This document shows, one piece after another, positions 32,427 through 43,994 of a DNA stretch of 64,000 bases. A model generated the notes under the pieces. That model searched no databases. It saw only the letters and a program-made list of their open reading frames with translations, and was not told the DNA's origin. The number at the start of each line of letters is the position of its first letter. Positions within the stretch are counted from its first letter, which is position 1. This DNA is from Thermoanaerobaculia bacterium. Its GTDB lineage: Bacteria > Acidobacteriota > Thermoanaerobaculia > Multivoradales > SZUA-115. Made by a program: the position numbers and the translations under genes. The stretch covers positions 9,114 through 73,113 of the forward strand of contig JBIOYC010000074.1 of the NCBI GenBank assembly GCA_044869955.1, given 5' to 3'.

Positions 32427-33596
32427 TTACCCGAAAGCTCGCCTCGCCCGCCAGGCGAGCAGCCGTTCCACCGCCTGGTCGATCGTGTCCTCGTCCTTGC
32501 AAAAGGCGAAGCGCAGCCAGGGGCGGCCGTGCTCTTTGTTGAGGTAGAAGGGGCTCGCCGGGATCGCCGCCACGCCGGCTTCCTCGGGCAGGAGGCGCGA
32601 CAGCTCGAGGTCGTCGTCGAAGCCCAGGGGGCGGATGTCGGCGAGCACGAAGTAGGTGCCTTCCGGTGCCTGGACCCCGAAGCCGGACTCGGCGAGGCCG
32701 CGGCAGAGACGGTCGCGCCGGCTCCGGTAGCGGGCCAGGTAGTCCTCGAAGTAGTCGTCGCCGGCCGCGAGGGCCCTGGCCATGGCCACCTGGAACGGCG
32801 TGGCCTGGCAGAAGGTCACGAACTGGTGGGCTGCTCGCAGGGCCTGCGTCAGCTCTGGGGGGGCGCAGCTCCAGCCGATCTTCCAGCCGGTCAGGCTGAA
32901 GGTCTTGCCCGCCGAGGAGATGGTCACCGTGCGCTCGCGCATCCCGGGCAGGGAGGCGAGGGGCAGGTGCTCCCCCTCGAAGACCAGATGCTCGTAGACC
33001 TCGTCCGAGACGGCGATCAGGTCGTGCCGGCGGCATAGGTCTGCTACCGCTTCCAGCTCGGCGCGGGTGTGCACCCGACCGGTGGGGTTCTGCGGTGTGT
33101 TGAGCAGGATCAGCCGGGTGCGGGGCGTGATCGTCGCCGCCAGCTCGGCGGGGTCGAAGCGGAAGCCCGGCTCGCGGAGGGTGACGGCGCGCACGGTGGC
33201 GCCGGCCATCTCGGCGCCGGCAAGGTAGGAGTCGTAGAAGGGCTCGAAGAGCACCACCTCGTCCCCGGGATCGCAGAAGGCCTGGAAGACGCAGAAGAGG
33301 GCCTCGGTGGCGCCGGCGTAGACGGTGATCTCCCCCTCGGGGTCGAGGTCCTGGCCATAGAAGCGCCTGCGCTGCGCGGAGACCGCCTCGACCAGCTCGG
33401 GCAGCCCGAAGCTGCGGCTGTACTGGTTCCGCCCCGCCCGGATGGCTTCGACGGCGGCTTCCTTGACGAAGTCCGGGCCATCGAAGTTGGGGGCCCCCTG
33501 GCCGAGGTTGATGGCGCCGAAGCGTGTGGCCAGCTGGTTGACGGCGGAGAAGATCGAGGTGCCGAAGCCGGAGACGCGTCGGGCGGCTCGCCTCAC
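32427..33596 (-). CDS. PLP-dependent aminotransferase, class I/II (YbdL/methionine aminotransferase-like)
   Basis: FGTSIFS, INLGQGAPNFDGP, and the PLP-Lys context SSAGKTFSLTGWKIGW. A GTG start at 33596 gives 389 aa. Confidence 0.8.
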   Translation of the reverse strand: MRRAARRVSGFGTSIFSAVNQLATRFGAINLGQGAPNFDGPDFVKEAAVEAIRAGRNQYSRSFGLPELVEAVSAQRRRFYGQDLDPEGEITVYAGATEALFCVFQAFCDPGDEVVLFEPFYDSYLAGAEMAGATVRAVTLREPGFRFDPAELAATITPRTRLILLNTPQNPTGRVHTRAELEAVADLCRRHDLIAVSDEVYEHLVFEGEHLPLASLPGMRERTVTISSAGKTFSLTGWKIGWSCAPPELTQALRAAHQFVTFCQATPFQVAMARALAAGDDYFEDYLARYRSRRDRLCRGLAESGFGVQAPEGTYFVLADIRPLGFDDDLELSRLLPEEAGVAAIPASPFYLNKEHGRPWLRFAFCKDEDTIDQAVERLLAWRARRAFG

Positions 33597-34054
33597 GGGT
33601 AGTCGTCCAGGTCCTGGAAGGGCAGGCCGCAAGGATAGAACAGGTTGAAAACCGGCTGTTCGATCGCCTCGGCGAATCCCAGGAAGAGGGGGCCGTACTT
33701 CTCGATCGGGGAACCGCCGGCCTCGACGGTCTGGTACTCCTCGACGCTGATGCCCATGGCTTCGGCGATCTGTTGGGGGGTCTTGCCACGGCGCTCGCGG
33801 TGCTGGGCGATCAACCGGCCAGCCTGACCGGCCTGGCAGTCGGCGAAGCGCCCACTGTCGGCCAGCAGGCGGGAGGTCGGCGTCTCGAGCGAGATGGCGA
33901 TCTGTGCCAGGCGATAGCCCCAATCCTCGGCCGGCGTGCTGCCGGCTTCGATGTCCTGGTATTCGGCGGCCGGGATGCCCAGCCGGGAAGCGGTCTGGTC
34001 GACTGTCAGACCCTTCTTCTCACGCTCTTTTCTGAGGACTTCGCCCTGTTTCAT
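33593..34054 (-). CDS. Transcriptional regulator with two tandem XRE-type HTH domains
   Basis: Two copies of G(L/K)T..Q.A..(L/M)GI...Y...E.G. GGGAGA SD. Its end overlaps the aminotransferase start by 4 bp. Confidence 0.65.
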   Translation of the reverse strand: MKQGEVLRKEREKKGLTVDQTASRLGIPAAEYQDIEAGSTPAEDWGYRLAQIAISLETPTSRLLADSGRFADCQAGQAGRLIAQHRERRGKTPQQIAEAMGISVEEYQTVEAGGSPIEKYGPLFLGFAEAIEQPVFNLFYPCGLPFQDLDDYP

Positions 34055-34469
34055 TCGTCTAGTCTCCCATGAGAGTGGTCTGGCCAACTGCGGTCGGCGC
34101 CGGGCTCGACCCGGTCGCCGGGCGGACACTTCCTAAGGATGCGTTGCCACGCTCTGCCGTGACAGGGCACTATAGGAGAGACCGCTTTGCATGCGCCTTG
34201 CTAGTCAGGGTCGTCACTCTGACTCTCGCTGCGTTCCCTGGGCTGCCAGGAAGGCTCCGCCCGGTCGGTGCATGCACAAGGAACTATGTATTATGGGGTG
34301 TTGCTGAGCACCAGAGTGTGGGCCGACTGGATCAGTCGGTGATCAAAGTGACCAGGAGTCTGGAGCAAACCGGGCCGGAGGGGCCGACCCGGTTCGGGGT
34401 GAACCGTGCTCTAGACCTCGAAGAACCAAACCGACGTCTCGCGAACGTCAAACCCAGGAGGTTCCTCTC

Positions 34470-36179
34470 ATGTCCGAGTCCGAAGTCCAGCACCGCATCC
34501 AAGATACGACTGAGGAGACCCAGGCGGATTCATCGGGTCTCTCTCGACGGCATCTGCTGGGGGGCATCGGCGCCCTGGCTGCCGCCGCCACCGCCGGCTC
34601 GCTGCCGGTGGTGCTCACGCCGACGACGGCCGAGGCCGAGCTCGGCCCGGAACTGGGCAGCAACCGCACCGCCGCCGCCGTGGCCAAGCGGCAACAGCTG
34701 ACGGCCCTGATGCAGGCCGCTGGCTCGCCTGCGCATCCCGACAACGGCGACGAGGCGCTCTACGCCAACCTCATCGGCAACTACTCCAAGGGCCTGCCCC
34801 ACAACGCCATCGGTGAGGTGCGCCCGGCGGCTTACTCGAAGTGGCTGACGGCCCTCAACTCGGGGCTCAACGCGGATTTCGAGGCGATCCCCCTGGGCGG
34901 CGTCACGAAGCTGACCAGCCCACAGTCCGGCCTGGCCTACGACCCCGAGGGCAACGACGGACACCAATACGTCATCCCGCCGGCGCCGGCCTTCGCCAGC
35001 GCCGAAGAGGCGGGCGAGATCGTCGAGAACTACTGGATGGCCCTGCTGCGCGACACCCGCTTCACGGACTACGCGAACAGCGACCTCGCCCAGGCGGCGG
35101 CGGACGAGCTCTCCGGGCTCACTGACTTCCGGGGTCCGACGGAAGGCGGCGTGGTCACCCCGCAGAGCCTCTTCCGCGACGTCCTCCCCGGTTGCACCAC
35201 CGGCCCCTACGTCTCGCAGTTCATGCTCCTGGGCACTCCGTTCGGCGTCGAGTACGTCGAGCGCCGGATGCGCACCCTGGCCCAGGGGAGCGACCACATG
35301 ACCAGCTTCGCCGACTGGCTGGCGGTGCAGAACGGCAACGTCCCGGGCGCTGCGAGGTTCGACTCCACCCGGCGCTACGTCCGTAACGGCCGCGACCTCT
35401 CCGAGTGGGTGCACATCGACGTGCTCTTCCAGGCCTACTTCAACGCCTGCCTGATCCTCGGCACTCCGCCCGACCCGAACAACAAGCCCACCGGCGGCGG
35501 CATCGGCTGCCCGCTCAACTCGGGCAACCCCTACAACGGGTACCAGAAGCAGGCTGCCTTCGCTACTTGGGGGCCCCCGTTCATCAAGGCCACTCTTTGC
35601 GAGGTCGCGTCCCGAGCCCTGAAGGCCCAGTGGTACCAGAAGTGGTTCGTGCACCGCCGCCTGCGTCCCGAGGCGTTCGCCGGATGCGTCCACGTGCACG
35701 TGAGCGGCCTGGCCGACTACCCGATCCACTCGGACGCGCTGGACTCCGAGGCCGCCAGCCGGGTGGCCAGCAAGTATGGCACTTACCTCCTGCCCATGGC
35801 CTTCCCAGAGGGCAGTCCCACCCATCCCGCCTACGGCGCCGGACACGCCACCGTCGCGGGCGCTTGCGTAACCGTCCTCAAGGCCTTTTTCGACGAGAGC
35901 TACGTCATCCCCAACCCGGTGGTCCCCAACGGCAACGGCACCCAACTGCGCCGCTGGGAGGGTGAGCCGCTGACCGTCGGTGGCGAGCTCAACAAGATCG
36001 CCTCCAACGTCGGCACCGGCCGTAACATCGCCGGCGTGCACTGGCGCTCGGACGCCCTCGAATCCTTCCGTCTCGGTGAGGCGGTGGCGATCGCCCTCCT
36101 GCGCGACCACAAGGCCTGCCTCCACGAGGAGGGCAGCTTCACCTTCACCAAGTTCGACGGCACCAGCATCACCATCTAG
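34470..36179 (+). CDS. Tat-exported vanadium-dependent haloperoxidase / PAP2-superfamily enzyme
   Basis: Twin-arginine motif [19 protein letters not shown]. The vanadate-site motifs are [10 protein letters not shown] and GVHWRSD. Confidence 0.7.
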   Translation: MSESEVQHRIQDTTEETQADSSGLSRRHLLGGIGALAAAATAGSLPVVLTPTTAEAELGPELGSNRTAAAVAKRQQLTALMQAAGSPAHPDNGDEALYANLIGNYSKGLPHNAIGEVRPAAYSKWLTALNSGLNADFEAIPLGGVTKLTSPQSGLAYDPEGNDGHQYVIPPAPAFASAEEAGEIVENYWMALLRDTRFTDYANSDLAQAAADELSGLTDFRGPTEGGVVTPQSLFRDVLPGCTTGPYVSQFMLLGTPFGVEYVERRMRTLAQGSDHMTSFADWLAVQNGNVPGAARFDSTRRYVRNGRDLSEWVHIDVLFQAYFNACLILGTPPDPNNKPTGGGIGCPLNSGNPYNGYQKQAAFATWGPPFIKATLCEVASRALKAQWYQKWFVHRRLRPEAFAGCVHVHVSGLADYPIHSDALDSEAASRVASKYGTYLLPMAFPEGSPTHPAYGAGHATVAGACVTVLKAFFDESYVIPNPVVPNGNGTQLRRWEGEPLTVGGELNKIASNVGTGRNIAGVHWRSDALESFRLGEAVAIALLRDHKACLHEEGSFTFTKFDGTSITI

Positions 36180-36188
36180 CTCTCAGCG

Positions 36189-36221
36189 CCGGAGCCCTCT
36201 CCTCCATGGAGGGCTCCGGCG
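36189..36221 (+). terminator. Perfect 12-bp inverted repeat (GCCGGAGCCCTC-N9-GAGGGCTCCGGC) 10 nt after the haloperoxidase stop
   Basis: Read directly. There is no U-tract. Confidence 0.45.
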
Positions 36222-36301
36222 GCTTCCCCGCCTCGCGATCGGCGCGATACGATCTCCCTCCGTGCCGGCGTTCCGCCCCGCGTCCCCGAGAGGGCTTCCT
36301 C

Positions 36302-37492
36302 ATGCCAGCGACCGTCTCAGCGAGCCTTGAAGCAGGAGTGGACTTCTCTCTCTCCGAGGAGCAACGGGCCATCCAGGAGCTGGCCCGCGACTTCGCGGCG
36401 CGGGAGATCGACCCCATCGTCGACGAGATCGACGAGGCCCAGCGCTTCCCCCGCGAGGTGATGGCCAAGGCCGGCGAGCTGGGTTTCCTCGGCGTGCTCT
36501 TTCCCGAAGAGCTGGGCGGCGCCGGGCTCGGCTACGTCGAGTACGTGCTGGTGGTCACCGAGCTATCGAAGGTCGACCCTTCGGTGGGGATCAGCGTCGC
36601 CGCCCACAACTCCCTGTGCACCAATCACATCTACAAATTCGGCAACGCCGAACAGCGCCGCCGCTGGGTGACTCCGCTCGCCAGCGGCCAGAAGATCGGC
36701 GCCTGGGGCTTGACCGAGGCCGGCTCCGGCTCGGACGCCGCCGCCGCCCGCACCAGCGCCCGCAAGGCGGAGGGCGGCTGGGTGCTGAACGGCGCCAAGG
36801 CCTTCTGCACCCACGGCTCGGTGGGGGACGTCTGCGTGGTGATGGCGGTCACCGAGCCCGGGGCGCCGAAGGGCAAGAACCTCTCGGCCTTCGTGGTCGA
36901 GAAGGGAATGGCCGGCTTGCGGGCGGGCAAGAAGGAGAACAAGCTCGGCATCCGCGCCTCGGACACCGCCGAGGTGGTCCTCGAGGACTGCTTCGTGCCC
37001 GACGGCCACCTCCTGGGCGAGCGGGGGGCCGGCTTCCCCCAGGCCCTGGCAGTACTCGACGGCGGCCGCATCTCGATCGCCGCCCTCGGTCTGGGCACCG
37101 CCATCGGCGCCTTCGATGCCGCCCGCCGCTACGCCAAGGAGCGCGAGCAGTTCGACCAGCCGATCGCGAGTTTCCAGGCGATCCAGTTCGCCCTCGCCGA
37201 CATGGCCACCCGCATCGCCGCCGCCGAGGCCCTGACCCTGGCCGCCGCGGCCGAGATGGACCGCACCGGCGAGGTGACCTTGAAGGCCTCCGAGGCCAAG
37301 CTGATGGCCGGCGAGACCGCGGTGTTCTGCGCCGAGCGCGGGGTGCAGATCCACGGCGGCTACGGCTTCATCAAGGACTACCGCGCCGAGAAGTACTACC
37401 GCGACGCCAAGATTTGCACCATCGGCGAGGGCACCAGCGAGATCCAGCGCATGGTGATCGCTCGCCAGATGCTGAAGGGCGCCTCGGCATGA
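36302..37492 (+). CDS. Acyl-CoA dehydrogenase (short/branched-chain type)
   Basis: A full ACAD fold with C-terminal motifs QIHGGYGF and [17 protein letters not shown]. Confidence 0.85.
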   Translation: MPATVSASLEAGVDFSLSEEQRAIQELARDFAAREIDPIVDEIDEAQRFPREVMAKAGELGFLGVLFPEELGGAGLGYVEYVLVVTELSKVDPSVGISVAAHNSLCTNHIYKFGNAEQRRRWVTPLASGQKIGAWGLTEAGSGSDAAAARTSARKAEGGWVLNGAKAFCTHGSVGDVCVVMAVTEPGAPKGKNLSAFVVEKGMAGLRAGKKENKLGIRASDTAEVVLEDCFVPDGHLLGERGAGFPQALAVLDGGRISIAALGLGTAIGAFDAARRYAKEREQFDQPIASFQAIQFALADMATRIAAAEALTLAAAAEMDRTGEVTLKASEAKLMAGETAVFCAERGVQIHGGYGFIKDYRAEKYYRDAKICTIGEGTSEIQRMVIARQMLKGASA

Positions 37493-38469
37493 GCGCAGCC
37501 GCCGGGCGCGGGGTCTCCTTCGAGGCCCTGCTGGAAGGCGTGCGGGCTCGTCGCTCGCGCGCCCTCGGTCGAGCCATCTCGCTGGTCGAGGACGGCCAGG
37601 AGGACGCGGCCCGGCTGATCGCCGCCGTCTACGGCGAGGTCGGCCGAGCCCGGGTGGTGGGCATCACCGGCCCACCCGGGGCGGGCAAGAGCACCCTGGT
37701 CGACCGCCTCGCCCGCTTCGTCCGGGGGCGGGGGGAGACGGTAGGCATCCTCGCTGTAGATCCCACCAGCCCGTTCTCGGGCGGCGCCATCCTGGGCGAC
37801 CGCATCCGCATGCAGGGCCTGGCCACCGACCCCGGGGTGTTCATCCGCTCGATGGCGACCCGGGGGGCCATGGGCGGCCTGTCGCGGGCCACGCCGGACG
37901 CCGTCGACCTGCTGGACGCGGCCGGCTTCGACTGGGTCCTGGTCGAGACGGTGGGCGTCGGCCAGGACGAGGTGGACGTGGTGCGCAGCGTCGAGACCGT
38001 GGTGCTGGTCACCGTGCCGGGCCTGGGCGACGACATCCAGGCGATCAAGGCCGGGGTGATGGAGATCGCCGACCTCTTCGTGGTCAACAAGGCCGACCGC
38101 GAGGGGGTGGAGCGCACCTGTCGCGACCTGGAGATGTTGCTCTCCCTGGCGCCGGGATCGGGTTGGCAGCCGCCGATCCTGCGCACCGTCGCCAGCCGGG
38201 GCGAGGGCATCGAGGAGCTGGTACAGGGCATCGAGAGCCATCGCACCCACCTGATCGCGAGCGGCGAGCTCGCGGCGCGGCGCCGCGCTCAGCTGCGGCT
38301 GCGGGTGGAGACCATCCTGAAGCAGCGGGTCCTGACCGCCGCGGACCGTGGCGACCGCTTGGTGCGCGAGATCGAGCAGGCCTTCGCGGCCGGCCAGGAT
38401 CCGTACCGGACCGCCGATCACCTCTTCGCCGAGGTGGTCGAGGAAGAGGTCGCCGGGAGGCAAGCATGA
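37489..38469 (+). CDS. meaB: Methylmalonyl-CoA mutase-associated GTPase MeaB/ArgK
   Basis: P-loop [24 protein letters not shown]. The ATGA overlap couples it to the upstream gene. Confidence 0.85.
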   Translation: MSAAAGRGVSFEALLEGVRARRSRALGRAISLVEDGQEDAARLIAAVYGEVGRARVVGITGPPGAGKSTLVDRLARFVRGRGETVGILAVDPTSPFSGGAILGDRIRMQGLATDPGVFIRSMATRGAMGGLSRATPDAVDLLDAAGFDWVLVETVGVGQDEVDVVRSVETVVLVTVPGLGDDIQAIKAGVMEIADLFVVNKADREGVERTCRDLEMLLSLAPGSGWQPPILRTVASRGEGIEELVQGIESHRTHLIASGELAARRRAQLRLRVETILKQRVLTAADRGDRLVREIEQAFAAGQDPYRTADHLFAEVVEEEVAGRQA

Positions 38470-38879
38470 TCCAGGGCCTGGACCACATCGGCATCGCCGT
38501 GGCCTCGATCGCCGAGGCGAGGAAGTTCTACGAGAGTCTGGGCCTGAGCGTGGCCCACGTCGAGGAGGTGGCCGCGGAAGGAGTGCGAGTGGCGGTGATC
38601 CCCTGCGGTGCCACCCGCATCGAGCTGCTCGAGCCGCTTACTCCAGACTCGACGGTCGGCCGCTTCCTCGCCCGCCGCGGCGCCGGCGTCCACCACCTCT
38701 GCTTCGCCACCGGCGACGTCGACGGGGATTCGGCGCGCCTGCGCGCTGAGGGCCTCGAGGTGCTGCGTGAGCAGCCCGGCGAGGGCGCCGAAGGCTGCCG
38801 GGTACAGTTCGTTCACCCGCGCAGCACGGGCGGCGTGCTGGTCGAGCTCTCCGAGCGCCCGCCTCAGAACTGTACGTAG
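38466..38879 (+). CDS. mce: Methylmalonyl-CoA epimerase (VOC/glyoxalase family)
   Basis: GLDHIGIAV and the GVHHLCF metal-ligand blocks. Translationally coupled to meaB. Confidence 0.75.
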   Translation: MIQGLDHIGIAVASIAEARKFYESLGLSVAHVEEVAAEGVRVAVIPCGATRIELLEPLTPDSTVGRFLARRGAGVHHLCFATGDVDGDSARLRAEGLEVLREQPGEGAEGCRVQFVHPRSTGGVLVELSERPPQNCT

Positions 38880-39685
38880 GCCAGAAAGTACTCGGCGGGA
38901 TCGATTTTCTTGTAGGCCAGGTCCTCGGCCTTGTCGATGGTCAGCTCGAACTGGCCAGCGCGGTCGCGCCCATTCGAGAGCATCAGCACGTCGAGGCTGT
39001 TGAGCTTGCCGGCGTGGCGGCTCTTGACGTCGACCAGGGCCGCAGCGACCGAGCGCAGCCCGTCGAGGACCGCAGCTTCGGAGTCGGTCTTCAGCTCGAC
39101 CAGGGCGCGATTCGTCTTGGTGCCCTGGAAGACCCGGGTACCGGGGAATCCGTCGCGCAGCAGCATGCGCTCGAGCTCACGGGCGACGTCCTCGGCGGGG
39201 AAGGGGCGGCGAGTCATGGTCAGCAGGTCGGGGTAGCCGGCGCGCGTGCGGCCCACGGTCGGCGGACCGGTTTCGGAGAGGGGGCGCTCGCCGCGTCGTG
39301 CCTCCGGCAGGTTCTCGGGGGAGGGTTGCCGGTCGCGCATCAAGGCGCCCATCTCCCGGCGCTCCTGCTCCTCCTTCTCGCGCTGGCGCTGGCGAGCACT
39401 CTCGGCCTGCGGTCGGATCTGCTCCGACTTCCCCTGCTCGATCAGCACCGCCTTGCCGAGGTTGTCCTGGTTCGCCTGCTCGGTCTTCTCGACGTCGATC
39501 TCGGAGAGCTTGAGGAAGGTCTGGGTACCGTTGGCCAGGGTGATGATGGCCCGATCTCCCTCCACCCGGTACTTGGTCTTGGCAGCGAGCTTACTGCCGT
39601 CTTTGAGGTAGATCGTGTAGGCGAGGGCCGGGCCGGCGAGGGCCAGGAGGGCGAGGCAGAAGGCGGCGAGGACGTTGCGGCGCAT
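38864..39685 (-). CDS. Secreted hypothetical protein
   Basis: Start chosen at MRRNVLAAFCLALLALAGPALA (signal peptide). The middle of the protein is charged and coiled-coil-like. Confidence 0.5.
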   Translation of the reverse strand: MRRNVLAAFCLALLALAGPALAYTIYLKDGSKLAAKTKYRVEGDRAIITLANGTQTFLKLSEIDVEKTEQANQDNLGKAVLIEQGKSEQIRPQAESARQRQREKEEQERREMGALMRDRQPSPENLPEARRGERPLSETGPPTVGRTRAGYPDLLTMTRRPFPAEDVARELERMLLRDGFPGTRVFQGTKTNRALVELKTDSEAAVLDGLRSVAAALVDVKSRHAGKLNSLDVLMLSNGRDRAGQFELTIDKAEDLAYKKIDPAEYFLAYVQF

Positions 39686-39720
39686 CGGGGGGCCTCCAGG
39701 GTCGTGCGCTATCATACGCG

Positions 39721-40829
<1,109 letters not shown>

Positions 40830-40833
<4 letters not shown>

Positions 40834-42047
40834 AGCCGCGCCTGCCGCTCGAGATCGAGCTGGCATGGCGCTTCGCCCGCGGCCGGCGCAGCGGCCTGCT
40901 CGCCGGGACGGCGCGGGCTGCCCTGGTGGGAGCGGGGCTGGGAGTGGCGTCCCTGGTGATCGCCATGGCCCTGATGACCGGCTACAGCGAGGACCTGCGC
41001 ACCAAGCTGCTGGGGGGCAACGCGACGGTGGGCATCTTCCCCCTGGACGACCCCCAGGCGGGCCTCTCCCCGGCCGAGCTCGAGCAGTTGGCGGCCTTGC
41101 CGGGGGTGACCGGCCTGGGTCACGTCCTCTACCGCCAGGGGCTGCTGGGCCGCGGGCTCTCCGCAGCGGGAGCGGTGGACGTGACGCTGCGCGGGGTCGA
41201 TCCGGGCGCCGACCGCCGGGCGACTCCCGACCAGCTCGCGAGCGGACCGGACGGCGTTCCCGGCGCCGTGCTGGGTGCGGACCTGGCTCGCCGGCTCGGT
41301 GTGACAGCGGGGGAGAGGGTGGTGCTGACGGCTTTCGAGGCTCCGGCCGGCGGGCGGCCCCGCTTCCGTTTCCAGAGCCTGCGCGTGGCGGGGACCTTCG
41401 AGAGCGGCTTCGCGGAGTTCGACCAGTCCTGGGCCTTGATCGACCGCCAGGCCCTCTGGCGCATCGCCAGCGCCGGGCCCCGGGCGTTCTACGAGCTGGC
41501 CCTGCGCGATCCGGCCTCGGCGCCGGGGATCACCGACACGGTGCGCGGCCTGCTCGGCGAGCGTTTCGGGGTCTCGGACTGGCGGGACCTCAACCGAGAG
41601 CTCTTCGCGGCCCTGGCCCTGCAGAAGCGGCTGCTCTTCCTGGTGCTCGGGCTGATCGTCCTGGTGTCGACCTTCAACGTCGCCTCGACCCTGGTGGTCC
41701 TGGTGCGCGAGCGGATGCGGGACCTCGGGGCCCTGGCCGCCCTGGGCCTCGGGCCGCGGTCCTTCGCCGCGGTATTCCTGCTCTGCGGCGGCTTCCTGGG
41801 GCTCGTGGGCACGGCTGCCGGCATCCTGGGCGGCAGCCTGGTGTGCTGGGTGCTGACCCGCTGGGAGCTGATCCGTTTCGATTCGGACGTCGCGGCGGTC
41901 TATTTCTTGAGCTCGGTGCCTTTCCGCGTCGACCTCGGGGACCTGGCGGCGATCAGTGGCCTGGCTCTTGCTCTGACGCTCGCGGTCTGCCTACTACCGG
42001 CCATTCGGGCTGCCCGGATCGAACCGGGAGATGCCCTTCGGGCGTAA
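40830..42047 (+). CDS. lolE: FtsX-family ABC permease (LolC/LolE-like)
   Basis: Four TM helices with a large periplasmic loop in MacB/LolCE topology. The start overlaps the carA stop. Confidence 0.75.
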
Positions 42048-42077
42048 CGGAACGAGCCCCTCGAGCGTATTGTTTTC

Positions 42078-42299
42078 GTGAACGGAACCTGGGTGATGTC
42101 AGCACCGCTCCCCGACCTCACCGTCGCGCTCTCGAGCTCCAACCCTTGGGCTTGGGTGGCGGCGATCCGGCTGGCCTTGCGCCGGGCCGGCCGTCCCCAG
42201 ACCGAGATCGAAGAGTTCAGCGACGAGGCGCTGGAGGACCCTCGCCCCGACGCCGTGCGCAAGGTCTGCGAGCGCTGGGCCAGGGTCGAGCACGCGTAG
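42078..42299 (+). CDS. Possible small hypothetical protein (73 aa)
   Basis: The only support is high GC3 and that it fills a gap. It is followed by hairpin CCCCGATC-N12-GATCGGG. Confidence 0.25.
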   Translation: MNGTWVMSAPLPDLTVALSSSNPWAWVAAIRLALRRAGRPQTEIEEFSDEALEDPRPDAVRKVCERWARVEHA

Positions 42300-42347
42300 G
42301 CTCCCCGATCGCTGAGCACGGAGATCGGGTTCTCCCCCCCTCGCCGT

Positions 42348-43994
42348 TCACCGGCCCAATCTCCTCACCTTCTCCTGCGCCGCCTCGTAGTTGGCCGACC
42401 CGGCCGGCACCTTGGCGTAGGCCTGCTTGGCGCGGGTCTCGTCCTTGACCCGCCGCTCGTAGAGGCTGCCGGCGCGGTACCAGGCATCGAAACGGGTGTT
42501 CGGGAAGCGGCTGCCGAGGTCGGTGAGGGTCCTGGCCGCCAGCTCCCAGCGCTTGGCTTCTTCATAGAAGCCGGCGATCTTCCACAGCGCCTGCTCGGCG
42601 GCCGGGTCCTCGGGGTAGCGCTGCACCAGGGTGCGGAGGGTGACCAAGGTGGCGGGAGAGGAGCCGCCCAGCTCTGGATCTCGCTGCCAGATCTTCTTGC
42701 GCTCCTCGATGTCGGCCTTGAGCAGCAGGGCGGGCAGCTCGCTCGGGCTGCCCGGATAGCGCTCCAGCAGCTCGACCAGGCGGCGCCGGGCGCCTTCGGG
42801 GTCGGCCGGTCGACCTTCGAGGAGGGCACGGGCTTGCTGGAGGAGAGCCTCGGCCTCCCCCGCTGGGGTCGAGGCGCCGGTGCCCTGAGCTTCCCGCCTC
42901 GCCGGCAGGCTCGGAGCCGGTGCGGTCGTCTCTGCGGCGGGCTCCGGGCTCGGCGGTGGGGCTGCCGGAGCCTCCTCGGTGACCCGTGGCGCGGTGGCCA
43001 CGGCCGGTGGAGCGGGGGCCGGTCGCTGGACCGCCCGTACCAGGAAGTAGCCGCCGAAGAGCAGGGCCAGCGCGGCGACCAGCGAGCCCACCACCAGCAC
43101 CACGCCCGGCCCCCGCCCGTTGGGCGAGAAGCCAAACAGGCGCCGGGTGGTGCGCGAGATGCCCTGGATCTCACCCAGCAGGCGCAGGTTCAGGTCCGAC
43201 TCCAGCTGCTCGAGGTCGGCGCGGAGCTCGCGCACCGTGCCGTAGCGGTGGCGGGGGTCGGCGGCGATGGTGCGCAGGATCACCGGGTCGAGGTCCGACG
43301 GCAGGTCGGCCACCAGCTGGCTGGGCAGGCTGATTCGGCCGCTCGGCAGCCGCCCGGTGAGCAGCTCGTAGAAGATCGAGCCCAAGGCGTAGAGGTCCGA
43401 GCGGGCGTCCGGCCTGGCGCCGTTGGCGAGCTCCGGGGCGAGATAGCGGATCGCACCGACGTTGACCTGGCCGGTGGTGAGGGTGACGCCCTCCGGGCGC
43501 GTGGGCAGCATGCGGGCGGTGCCGAAGTCCGCCACCTTGACCTCGGTGAGGTCTCGGCTGAGCAGAACGTTGCGGGGCTTGAGGTGGCCGTGGACGAGGC
43601 CCAGTCCGTGAGCGTGCTCGAGGGCCGCAGCCACCGCCCGGACGATGTGGAAGACCCGGTGGAGAGGCTGGCGGCCCTGCCTCATCAGGGCCTCGAGCGA
43701 AGGTCCGTCGACCAGCTCGGTCGCCACCCAGACCTCGTCGCCGGCGGCCTTGTAGTCGAGGATGCGAACCACGTTGGGGTGCTGGAGACGTGCGACGGCG
43801 GCGAGGTCCTTGGCCAGCTCGGCCACGGCGGCGGCGTCCTGGCGGAAGCGCGTGCCGGGCAACTTGACGGCGACCAGGCGCTGGTCGCGACGATCGATCG
43901 CTTTGAGGACGGCGGCGGAACCAGTCTTCGAGAGGGTCGCCGAGACCTCGTAAGGTCCGATCTCGAGCGGCGCGTTAGTTGGCATCGTGCTCAA
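42348..43994 (-). CDS. Membrane-anchored Ser/Thr protein kinase homolog, predicted pseudokinase (HGH replaces HRD), with an extracytoplasmic TPR-like domain
   Basis: A kinase fold with VAVK Lys, DFG and APE present, but the catalytic loop reads VHGHLKPRN with no catalytic Asp. One TM (GVVLVVGSLVAALALLFGGYFLV) and a C-terminal TPR-like region. Confidence 0.7.
   Translation of the reverse strand: MSTMPTNAPLEIGPYEVSATLSKTGSAAVLKAIDRRDQRLVAVKLPGTRFRQDAAAVAELAKDLAAVARLQHPNVVRILDYKAAGDEVWVATELVDGPSLEALMRQGRQPLHRVFHIVRAVAAALEHAHGLGLVHGHLKPRNVLLSRDLTEVKVADFGTARMLPTRPEGVTLTTGQVNVGAIRYLAPELANGARPDARSDLYALGSIFYELLTGRLPSGRISLPSQLVADLPSDLDPVILRTIAADPRHRYGTVRELRADLEQLESDLNLRLLGEIQGISRTTRRLFGFSPNGRGPGVVLVVGSLVAALALLFGGYFLVRAVQRPAPAPPAVATAPRVTEEAPAAPPPSPEPAAETTAPAPSLPARREAQGTGASTPAGEAEALLQQARALLEGRPADPEGARRRLVELLERYPGSPSELPALLLKADIEERKKIWQRDPELGGSSPATLVTLRTLVQRYPEDPAAEQALWKIAGFYEEAKRWELAARTLTDLGSRFPNTRFDAWYRAGSLYERRVKDETRAKQAYAKVPAGSANYEAAQEKVRRLGR

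Noticed and set aside
34130-34470. Riboswitch or sRNA in the 340-nt lower-GC leader of the haloperoxidase gene
   Set aside because: I recognise no known riboswitch consensus. Only a 7-bp dyad and generic GC hairpins are present, so it is noted inside the finding rather than called as a feature.
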